Positions 1 to 7,123 of a DNA stretch of 19,747 nt are shown piece by piece. Below the pieces are notes generated by a model, which ran no database searches, was not told the origin of the DNA, and was given only the letters and a program-made list of their open reading frames with translations. This DNA comes from a bacterium (GTDB taxonomy: Bacteria > Zhuqueibacterota > Zhuqueibacteria > Zhuqueibacterales > Zhuqueibacteraceae): assembly GCA_044869275.1 (NCBI GenBank), contig JBIOXB010000088.1, positions 1-19,747 on the forward strand, in the 5' to 3' direction. The first letter of the stretch is position 1. Each line of letters begins with the position of its first letter. Both the position numbers and the translations under genes were made by a program.

Positions 1-2
1 TG

Positions 3-41
3 CGATGGCTCAAAACTCTTCCGCCTATCGCCACGCTGTGA
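3..41 (+). CDS. 3' end of an upstream ORF overlapping the MNT start, possibly a HEPN protein (partial)
   Basis: The frame from position 3 reads RWLKTLPPIATL* (TGA 39-41) and overlaps the MNT ATG. A terminal WLK motif and overlap with MNT are common for HEPN partners, but only 12 codons are visible. Confidence 0.3.
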   Translation, partial: RWLKTLPPIATL

Positions 42-349
42 GAAAGTATGTCTTGGCTCTCCGTGAGAACGGCGTGCAAGTTCAACAAGTGCTACTTTAC
101 GGCTCGCATGCAAGAAACCAAGCGCACCGGGACAGCGACATCGATATCATTATCTTGTCTGAAAATTTCACTGACAAAAACCTCCTGGAGCGCTTGCAGA
201 TTTTGGGAATGGCTCGGCGCAACGTACCCGAACAGGTGCAAGCTTATGGCTTCACACCGCAAGAGGTACAACAGCACGACCTATCTGCCTTTTGGGAGGA
301 GATTATCGAGAAGGAGGCCATACCGATTACCTCTGAAATCCTGCCGTGA
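5..349 (+). CDS. Minimal nucleotidyltransferase (MNT/Pol-beta superfamily), likely antitoxin of a HEPN-MNT pair
   Basis: 114 aa ORF with LYGSHARNQAHRDSDIDI, matching the GSx(A)R...DxD MNT signature, and a size typical of the family. Confidence 0.85.
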   Translation: MAQNSSAYRHAVRKYVLALRENGVQVQQVLLYGSHARNQAHRDSDIDIIILSENFTDKNLLERLQILGMARRNVPEQVQAYGFTPQEVQQHDLSAFWEEIIEKEAIPITSEILP

Positions 350-430
350 ATAGCCATCTCACCTTTTTCAATTGCCTGCAATGCTCTCCATGAGTCCTTG
401 TGCCATGAATGGCATGATGCTATCGTGTCT

Positions 431-1249
431 TCAGGCCGCCACTGCCTGCCGCTCATCCGGCGGCACTTGCGGCGCTTGAATCAATCCCTGCAAGTCCCCG
501 CTGTTCACGGCATTGATGATGCTTTGATCGCCTTCGAGCAGGCGCAGCGCCACCCAACGGGCGTTGTGCAACCCTGGAAAGCGCGCTGCAATCTTCCCCG
601 CCAGCATTTCGAGCGCTTGATTCAATTGGCGCGAGCCGCTTTTGATGCGCCTGGGCTTGCACACATATGCGCCGGTGGCGACTTCATGAATCCTCGCGAG
701 CAATTCTTGCATGCCCTGGCCCTGGCGCGCCGCCGCCGGTACCACCGGCACACCCAATTCTTTCGCGAGCTGGCGATCATCGACCTGCAAGCGATGGCGC
801 CGCGCTTCGTCGATCAAATTCAAACAGATCACCGCGCGAGGGGTGATCTCCAGCACTTGCAAAACCAAATTGAGATTGCGTTCCAAGCGCGTCGCGTCGG
901 CCACGATCACCGTGACATCGGGCTGGCCGAAGAGAATAAAATTGCGCGCGACTTCCTCGTCCGTGCTCGTCGAAAGCAACGAATACGTGCCGGGCAGATC
1001 GACAATCTTGTAGCGCTTCTCGCCATACATAAATCCGCCTTCGGCGCGCGTGACGGTTTTGCCCGGCCAGTTGCCGGTGTGCTGGCGCAAACCGGTCAAG
1101 CTATTGAAAACCGTGCTCTTTCCGGTGTTGGGATTGCCGGCCAGGGCTACGACGTAATCCCAGGATTCCATATTTACACCGAGCTTGATCAAATTGCCGG
1201 CGTGGTGCACCGGGCAAGTCTCGCAAGCAGAGGAAGCTGTAACATTCAT
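431..1249 (-). CDS. feoB: Stand-alone FeoB N-terminal GTPase/GDI domain (split FeoB, no membrane domain)
   Basis: G1 GNPNTGKS, G2 NWPGKT, G3 DLPGTYSL, DATRLERNL and G4 NLID. Ends with a helical RWVALRLLEGD segment and stops at 272 aa with no transmembrane region. Confidence 0.9.
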   Translation of the reverse strand: MNVTASSACETCPVHHAGNLIKLGVNMESWDYVVALAGNPNTGKSTVFNSLTGLRQHTGNWPGKTVTRAEGGFMYGEKRYKIVDLPGTYSLLSTSTDEEVARNFILFGQPDVTVIVADATRLERNLNLVLQVLEITPRAVICLNLIDEARRHRLQVDDRQLAKELGVPVVPAAARQGQGMQELLARIHEVATGAYVCKPRRIKSGSRQLNQALEMLAGKIAARFPGLHNARWVALRLLEGDQSIINAVNSGDLQGLIQAPQVPPDERQAVAA

Positions 1250-1311
1250 ATCTCAAACTCCAAATGCGGAAGAGCCGCAATCAAGTTGTTGGGTTTCACA
1301 TTTAACCCAGC

Positions 1312-1361
1312 AGGTTACAAGGTTACGCGTAGAGCGTAATTCGTAATGCGTGATACGTAAA
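1312..1361. repeat. Short degenerate tandem repeats (period 7-8) in an intergenic spacer
   Basis: AGGTTAC twice, then GCGTAGA GCGTAAT TCGTAAT GCGTGAT ACGTAAA (1327-1361). Confidence 0.6.
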
Positions 1362-1399
1362 GTTTCTATTTTCTACAAAAAAAAATGGCACGCAGCACA

Positions 1400-2413
1400 C
1401 TACCGCCGAACATGCACAAAGTTCGCTTGGTCTTTGCGCAGCGCGATGGTTGCGCCGCGAATGTTGTACGCGGTCGGATTACCGCTCATGCTGGTCAATT
1501 CCGCAGAAATGACGGTGCCGGGCACGAGGCCTAGGTCCATCAAGCGCCGGCGCTGCAAGCCGCGGCACGCGCGCGAAATTCCCATCACCACCGCCGAATC
1601 TCCCACGTGCAGCGAAGCCAGCGTCTCATGAGGCTTTTCCCATTCTTCTTCTTTGGGCAGCGGTATCATCGTGACATTGGCCGCCACCACCGGCGCGAGC
1701 TTGATTTCTTCACCATCGGCCGTACACAGCACGCGCTCAGGAGTCTTGCCGAGCACACGCACGTACATGCCGGGATACAAACCTTGCGCCACCAATTGCG
1801 CGTACAAAGCTTCAGGCTCATCTTCGATATGCGTGATGCGCCCGGTTGCGCCAATCGGAAAATCAGTCAGGGACAATCCCTGTGGCGGCGGCAATTCACC
1901 GGCCGGAGTGGGAATGGGATCGCCGTGCGGATCATGCAAAGGATTGCCCATTTGCGTCGCCAGCATTTCCGCTTGTTCCGGCGTGGTGTGATGCTCGCGC
2001 TGTTCGGCCTCTTCGTGCCATTGCGTTTCAGCCAGGCCGGTTTCATCCGCAAAATAACGCTCCCACAAGCGATGTACGCGAATCACGCGCAGCGCGTAGG
2101 GCCGGCCCTCGCCCGTGAGCTCGAACGCCTCGGCTTGCGTTTTCACCAGCTCGAGCTGTTCGAGCCGCGCGAGCAGTTTCGCCGCTTGCTCCTGCGGGAC
2201 ATGCAACGCGCCGGACAGGCTCTCAAGCGTGGCCACGCGGTTCTTGTATTCCTGATGATAAAGATGCTTGAGCGCGTCTTCGAGCAATACGCGCTCGGTG
2301 AGCGATTGGCTTTTGCGCCAGCGCCACAGCAGGCCGGCCTGCGGCCAGAACAGCAATACCACCATGCTAAGCACCGCCACGGCGCCAAGCAATGCGATCA
2401 GCGGATTCATCAT
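1400..2413 (-). CDS. DtxR/MntR-family metal-dependent regulator with an N-terminal transmembrane helix and two C-terminal FeoA domains
   Basis: EDALKHLY, HRLWERYF, HEEAEQREH and DPHGDPIP motifs. Two FeoA repeats (LVAQGLYPG; RRLMDLGLVPG...GNPTAYNIRGATIALRK). Hydrophobic N-terminus LIALLGAVAVLSMVVLLFW. The start could be ATG 2413, ATG 2410 or GTG 2455. Confidence 0.9.
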   Translation of the reverse strand: MMNPLIALLGAVAVLSMVVLLFWPQAGLLWRWRKSQSLTERVLLEDALKHLYHQEYKNRVATLESLSGALHVPQEQAAKLLARLEQLELVKTQAEAFELTGEGRPYALRVIRVHRLWERYFADETGLAETQWHEEAEQREHHTTPEQAEMLATQMGNPLHDPHGDPIPTPAGELPPPQGLSLTDFPIGATGRITHIEDEPEALYAQLVAQGLYPGMYVRVLGKTPERVLCTADGEEIKLAPVVAANVTMIPLPKEEEWEKPHETLASLHVGDSAVVMGISRACRGLQRRRLMDLGLVPGTVISAELTSMSGNPTAYNIRGATIALRKDQANFVHVRR

Positions 2414-2518
2414 ATTGAAGTGATTTGCATTTTGTAATAGTAACTCACCCTCCACGAAAAAGCGCCAAACGCGATTTGGTTTCGCGTTTTCTCGCGGCCA
2501 AAGTGTTTGCTATTGCTC

Positions 2519-3766
2519 TCAAAAATACGTTGCCACACCCAACTGCACGTTCATGCTGTTGGCAAGATTATTGAAGGCATCATAATCCCATTGCCGCCAA
2601 TAACTCAGCCGCAGCACCGTTTCGTTGGTGGGCCGGAATGCCACGCCCGTCGTCAAGCGACGCGTTACCGCGCCGAGGTCCTCTCCGGTTTTGTCGAAGC
2701 TGCCGACGTTCAAATCAATATCGTCATAACGCGCGAACAAAACAAGCGCGGCTTCGCGCATGCCCAGCAGCGGTCGTCGCAGCACGGTATAATTCCCCTC
2801 GAGATAAAAGCCGCGCTGCTTCTCGGCAAGAAAATCATTGTCAACCTGATCTTGCGGTGTGTCGATGTTCGCCAAAGCCGCTTCTCCGCGCAACAGCAAG
2901 CGTTTCCAGCGATACTCGGCATCCAAAGCCCAAAGTCGCACGGCGCGCGGTTCATCCAGGCTCGCGCCTTCGGCGGCATAGGTGTTGTAACGGCCGCTGT
3001 AATGGGAGATACCGAACTCGCCGCCAAAGCGCGGATTGTAGCCTAGGCGGCCGACGATCGCCGGCGAGCCGTTGTTGTCTTCGGCAAACGCTTCTTCCGA
3101 TCTGCCTGCGGGAATACGTGTGCCCGCGCCGTCTCCCAGCACGACACCGTCCTGCAGCCCATTCACCGCGTAAATCTCGTAGGTGAAGCGGTCAAACGGA
3201 GTGACATAAAACGCGCCGAAAAATCCCGCACCGGCTTCGGAGAGTGTGGCTGGAATGATCTGCGTCGAAACCAACGGCCGGTCGATCACATTATAGCGCG
3301 GGCTGTCATGCGCGATATTGAACCTGCCAATCGGCGAAAGCAAAACACCGGCGCGCACATTCACCGGCGTGGCAAATAAAACGTCGACGAGAGCAGTTTC
3401 CAGCTTGATTTCCTCGGTACCATGTTCAAACTCCAGCTCGGCAGTCAACTTCACATGTTCGCTAATCCCCGAATAGAAAAAAATATTAAAACGGCGCTGC
3501 TCAAAGGAAAAACCCTCGGATATGCCCTGCGCGCGAATGTAGTCGGAATTGAAATCGGCATAACCGCCGATGGCAGTTTTGCCGCCGAGATTGAGAATAT
3601 ACGGCCGGTCGTAAATGCCACCGCGCTGAAAAGGGTTGGGCACGCTGTCGGAGCTCGCGGTTTGCGCCTGGAGGTTGGCGCTGGACGCGAGCAGGCAAAA
3701 GACGTAGATCGTGGACCGTAGATCGTGGATCGTGGATCGAGAATTGCAGATCTTGAATCTCTTCAT
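2519..3766 (-). CDS. Outer-membrane beta-barrel (porin-like, OprO/P-like)
   Basis: Signal peptide ending LQA-Q, alternating amphipathic strands (KLTAELEFEHG, RLWALDAEYRW, GFYLEGNY) and a C-terminal aromatic residue (QLGVATYF). Start overlaps the Rieske stop (ATGA). Confidence 0.75.
   Translation of the reverse strand: MKRFKICNSRSTIHDLRSTIYVFCLLASSANLQAQTASSDSVPNPFQRGGIYDRPYILNLGGKTAIGGYADFNSDYIRAQGISEGFSFEQRRFNIFFYSGISEHVKLTAELEFEHGTEEIKLETALVDVLFATPVNVRAGVLLSPIGRFNIAHDSPRYNVIDRPLVSTQIIPATLSEAGAGFFGAFYVTPFDRFTYEIYAVNGLQDGVVLGDGAGTRIPAGRSEEAFAEDNNGSPAIVGRLGYNPRFGGEFGISHYSGRYNTYAAEGASLDEPRAVRLWALDAEYRWKRLLLRGEAALANIDTPQDQVDNDFLAEKQRGFYLEGNYTVLRRPLLGMREAALVLFARYDDIDLNVGSFDKTGEDLGAVTRRLTTGVAFRPTNETVLRLSYWRQWDYDAFNNLANSMNVQLGVATYF
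3701..3741. repeat. Heptamer tandem repeat inside the 5' end of the porin gene
   Basis: GATCGTG GACCGTA GATCGTG GATCGTG GATCGAG (3707-3741), encoding SRSTIHDLRSTI. Confidence 0.7.
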
Positions 3767-4200
3767 GATTTCACCTTGATAATGATCGTGTCCGCGGTTT
3801 CTTCAACCGGAAAGCGTTGCAAGGACCTTGTCGCCGGGCCTTCTTCCACTTCGCCGTCGGCGGCATAGGCTGAGCCATGGCACGGGCATTCGAAGCCCCG
3901 CGGCAACACGCGCACTTCACAGCCCGCATGCGCGCAGATCGTTGAGAGCGCGAGCCAGCGCTGATCTGGCATGCGCCGCAAGGCGAGGGTCACGGGCAGC
4001 TGGTCCGCGCGCACCAGCATCAGGCCGGTCGCTTGCACTGCGGCCAGGGCCTCCGCTTTGGGAATGGCGATCACCCTGCCGTCAAAATCTCCGCGATACG
4101 TGGCCAGACCGGCAGCGCAACTTTGCAAAGCCGCGGGCGAAGCGGCCAAAGTTATCACGCCGCCAAGGGTTTTGAGAAATTTTCTGCGTGTGAAGAACAT
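3763..4200 (-). CDS. Rieske [2Fe-2S] protein, Tat-exported and probably lipidated
   Basis: Real start inferred at ATG 4200 (MFFTRRKFLK, twin-arginine motif) followed by a lipobox-like ALQSC. Rieske boxes CAHAGC and CPCHGS, plus EGPA. The upstream part of the 282-aa track ORF overlaps another gene. Confidence 0.9.
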   Translation of the reverse strand: MFFTRRKFLKTLGGVITLAASPAALQSCAAGLATYRGDFDGRVIAIPKAEALAAVQATGLMLVRADQLPVTLALRRMPDQRWLALSTICAHAGCEVRVLPRGFECPCHGSAYAADGEVEEGPATRSLQRFPVEETADTIIIKVKS

Positions 4201-4208
4201 ATCGCCTT

Positions 4209-4859
4209 TTATGGTTTGATCCAAAGCAAGCGGGGCAGGAATCTGCCGGTTTGTCTCATGTAGGCGCGATAACGCTCGCCGAATTTTTCCTGCAAGTGTT
4301 TTTCTTCTTGCGCAACCAAAACGGGAAGCAGGGCCGCGGCCAATGCCACCATTACCGCCATAAACGCGTTCGCCGCAATCAAGCTGAGCGCGGACAATCC
4401 CACAATGGCTGCCATGTACAGCGGATGCCTGATCCAGCGATACGGGCCGGAAACAACCAGCTCTTGCCTTTCTTTCGTCAACACGGTTTCGCTGATGTTT
4501 TTTCCGAGGTGATGGAACAGCCAGCGCAACAGCGGCAACACCGCCAATCCCACCGCAACTGCCAACCAGCGCAGCCCAACCGGCAGGCGAATTTGCGCCC
4601 ACTGCATCCACGCCGGGTGAATCATATAAACGATCATGGCGCCGTATAGAGGCACAGCCAGAAGAGCGCGCCCAAGCTTCAAAAGCCCGCCTTCTTGTTT
4701 CCTCGCAATTTGAGGAAGTTGCATTCTCGCCCGCCGGCGATAATATGCCGAAATCGCAAAGACGAAGCAGAAGATAACGGTGAATATGATTCTAAAAATA
4801 TGTTCGTTTGTCATCTGGGTAGCTCGAACAGTATGAATGATCACTGATGATTGGTTCAC
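4209..4859 (-). CDS. Isoprenylcysteine carboxyl methyltransferase (ICMT/PEMT) family membrane protein
   Basis: Several transmembrane segments, LVVSGPYRWIRHPLY and EEKHLQEKFGERYRAY motifs. Start at GTG 4859 (overlapping the upstream stop) or ATG 4814. Confidence 0.85.
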   Translation of the reverse strand: MNQSSVIIHTVRATQMTNEHIFRIIFTVIFCFVFAISAYYRRRARMQLPQIARKQEGGLLKLGRALLAVPLYGAMIVYMIHPAWMQWAQIRLPVGLRWLAVAVGLAVLPLLRWLFHHLGKNISETVLTKERQELVVSGPYRWIRHPLYMAAIVGLSALSLIAANAFMAVMVALAAALLPVLVAQEEKHLQEKFGERYRAYMRQTGRFLPRLLWIKP

Positions 4860-6079
4860 AGCGATTTCAAAAACGCCAGCAATGCCGCGCTGTCGCTCTC
4901 ATTCAGATTCGCAAATCGATTGCGCGCATTCTCCGCTTCGCCGCCATGCAGCAGAATCGCCTCGCTTAGATCCGCGGTGCGGCCGTCGTGCAAATAATAC
5001 GGCGTGCCACCGAGCGTGCTGGCGACGATGCCCAGACCCCACAGCGGCGTCGTGCGCCATTCCGTGCCCGTCGCCTCGCCTTCAGGATAATGATCCGCCA
5101 GTGCCGCGCCCAGGTCGTGTAGCAATAAATCAGAATACAGTGGCACTTGCTGAAACGCGATCGGTGCAATGGGGCTCGGACCGGCCTGCAACTCTGGCAC
5201 GTGGCAGCTGGCGCAGCCGATTTGCGTAAAAATCTGTTCGCCGGTTTGCACTGTTGCCTCATCCGGATTGCGGCGCTGCGGGGCGCGCAAGGTTTGCAAA
5301 TAGATCACGACATTGTTGATCGTCTCAGTCGCCACTTCGGGATCGGGTACGTTGTCGCCCACGCGGTTGCCGAGCACGGGATTGAACAATTCCACCGGCT
5401 CGAACTCGCTGGTAACACCGATATCGTTGATATATGCGCCCGCCGTTTGTTGCAACAAACTGACCGCCGTGGCCTTGCGGCCAAAGCGGCCGAGATATTT
5501 GCCATTGCGGTTGATCTTCTCCGGCCCCAATTGCAAATATGATGGCGGCACGACGAAATTCGCGCGGCCGGAAATGCCGTCGCCATTGCCGTCGTTGGGA
5601 TCCTCATTTGCCAAAATCGCCGCGTCGGGAATGGCTTCGACATAGCCCAATCCCACGACGATCGGCCCGCCGCGCTCTGAAACGCCGGTCGCTTCAACAG
5701 GCAATTGCTCCGCGGGATAACCGGGAAGGGCGCGATCCTGCAATTGCGGCCCGCCGCGATCATACATGTAATCAAATCCGCCCGCGGTGGCTTTGCCGAA
5801 TCTCCGCAAATTGGTTGAAGGATGGCTGCGACCTTCTGCCGGGTGACAACCGTCACAGGAAGTGAGATTGAAAATCGGACCTAAACCCGTCGCCGCCGCA
5901 AATTTTTCTCCGAACGCTGCGTCTCCGGCTATGTGTGCGGACATTTGTGCAGGGCTCAAGCCTGGAATAGGTGCGTCGAAGACTTCATTTTGAGGTGGAG
6001 CCTCCGTAAGCAAATCTGAACAGCCTAAGCTAAAAGACCCTAAGATTGAAAAGCAATATAAAACAATAACTTGCTTCAT
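4856..6079 (-). CDS. Di-heme oxidoredictase (DHOR)-family cytochrome c lipoprotein
   Basis: Lipobox SLGC and two CxxCH motifs (CDGCH, CASCH). Family motifs GLGPIFN, DPNDGNGDGISGR, GRFGRKA, YSDLLLHDLG, EWRTTPLWGLG, YLHDGR and AILLHGGEA. RBS AGGAGGAG upstream. Confidence 0.9.
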   Translation of the reverse strand: MKQVIVLYCFSILGSFSLGCSDLLTEAPPQNEVFDAPIPGLSPAQMSAHIAGDAAFGEKFAAATGLGPIFNLTSCDGCHPAEGRSHPSTNLRRFGKATAGGFDYMYDRGGPQLQDRALPGYPAEQLPVEATGVSERGGPIVVGLGYVEAIPDAAILANEDPNDGNGDGISGRANFVVPPSYLQLGPEKINRNGKYLGRFGRKATAVSLLQQTAGAYINDIGVTSEFEPVELFNPVLGNRVGDNVPDPEVATETINNVVIYLQTLRAPQRRNPDEATVQTGEQIFTQIGCASCHVPELQAGPSPIAPIAFQQVPLYSDLLLHDLGAALADHYPEGEATGTEWRTTPLWGLGIVASTLGGTPYYLHDGRTADLSEAILLHGGEAENARNRFANLNESDSAALLAFLKSL

Positions 6080-6100
6080 TTACTCCTCCTATGATTGTAA

Positions 6101-6142
6101 AATTAGGCTATCCTAAATTAAAATTTAGTTTATAAAATGCAA
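6101..6142 (-). promoter_or_regulatory. DtxR/MntR-type operator overlapping the putative operon promoter
   Basis: Palindrome TTAGG-CTAT-CCTAA (6103-6116) in an AT-rich tract. A minus-strand TTGCAT (6142-6137) is a candidate -35. It lies just upstream of the operon that encodes the DtxR-family regulator. Confidence 0.7.
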
Positions 6143-6427
6143 GAGGCTTTTTTGCACTGTAAGAAAAATCGATTTTAGTGAGGGAAATGCAGATTTGAGA
6201 AGCGCGGAGTAGCGGTGATAAAAGATAAATCACCTCCTGAACCAGCCTTCAGCTTCTTGGCCAGATGAAATAGGTAGGGATGAAAATTCTCGGCCAGAGT
6301 CTGCAGCGACTCGACCATGCGCAGCATGAGAGCGCTCCGCCATAAGAGCACTTGTCTGAAAAGATAAATCGCGGCACCCTTTAAAGGCCGCCGAGCGCGC
6401 AAATTTGATTCGCGAAGCGACACGCGG

Positions 6428-6991
6428 TTAGATTCTCGAATTCCACAGCCGCTCCGGCACGCCTTTTTGCAGATTCTCATACCGCGCCATCACAAACAAC
6501 GCGTCGGATAAACGATTGAGATAGCGAATCACGCAGTTCCCCACCGCCTGGTCACGCGCCAGCGCGATCACTTCGCGTTCGGCGCGGCGGCATACCGTGC
6601 GTGCGAGGTGCAACTGCGCCGCGCCCAGCGCTCCTCCCGGCAAAATGAAATTCTCCAACGGCCCGAGCGTTTCCGTCAATTCGTCCATGAGGTTTTCCAG
6701 TTTGAGGATATGTCTCTCTTCGATTTGCGGGATTTGATATTGCCGCTTGTCCTCTTCCAGGAAACACAAATCTGACCCGAGATGAAACAGCTCGTTTTGA
6801 ATGACGGGCAATTCCTGTGCGAGCCGATCATCCAAGTCTCGGGCTAGTGCCGCGCCGAGATGCGAGTTCAATTCATCGACCGTGCCATAGGCTTGCACGC
6901 GCAGCGAATCTTTGGGCACGCGCTGGCCGCCGCCCAAACTGGTCTTCCCGTCATCGCCCTGGCGGGTGTAGATTTTGGTTAAACGAGGCAT
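6428..6991 (-). CDS. pduO: ATP:cob(I)alamin adenosyltransferase, PduO type
   Basis: [50 protein letters not shown] and [10 protein letters not shown] motifs. GGAAGAGG upstream favours ATG 6991. Confidence 0.95.
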   Translation of the reverse strand: MPRLTKIYTRQGDDGKTSLGGGQRVPKDSLRVQAYGTVDELNSHLGAALARDLDDRLAQELPVIQNELFHLGSDLCFLEEDKRQYQIPQIEERHILKLENLMDELTETLGPLENFILPGGALGAAQLHLARTVCRRAEREVIALARDQAVGNCVIRYLNRLSDALFVMARYENLQKGVPERLWNSRI

Positions 6992-7039
6992 TTTCATTCC
7001 TCTTCCATTGAACACAAGAGCATCAAACTAGCCGGCTGT

Positions 7040-7090
7040 TTACGTTCTACGCCTTACGGATTACGTAAGGCGTAAAACGCAACACATAAT
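7040..7090. repeat. Heptamer-based inverted repeat (hairpin) between btuB and pduO
   Basis: Perfect 11-bp stem TACGCCTTACG (7048-7058) / CGTAAGGCGTA (7064-7074) with a 5-nt loop, within a TTACG/CGTAA-rich tract. Confidence 0.65.
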
Positions 7091-7123
7091 GCGTCACTCT
7101 TTGCTTTCGAGTCGGGAACAGAA

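Noticed and set aside
398..2437. Long plus-strand ORFs 398..1339 and 1607..2437
   Set aside because: They are antisense shadows of the feoB and DtxR genes with no recognisable motifs.
2467..2489. Hairpin AAACGCGA/TCGCGTTT as a terminator after the porin gene
   Set aside because: The stem is short and has no immediately adjacent T run on the coding strand. It may be a processing or stability hairpin but cannot be supported.
4201..4611. N-terminal half of the 282-aa track ORF 3763..4611
   Set aside because: It overlaps the ICMT gene in another frame. The Tat signal at 4200 marks the real start.
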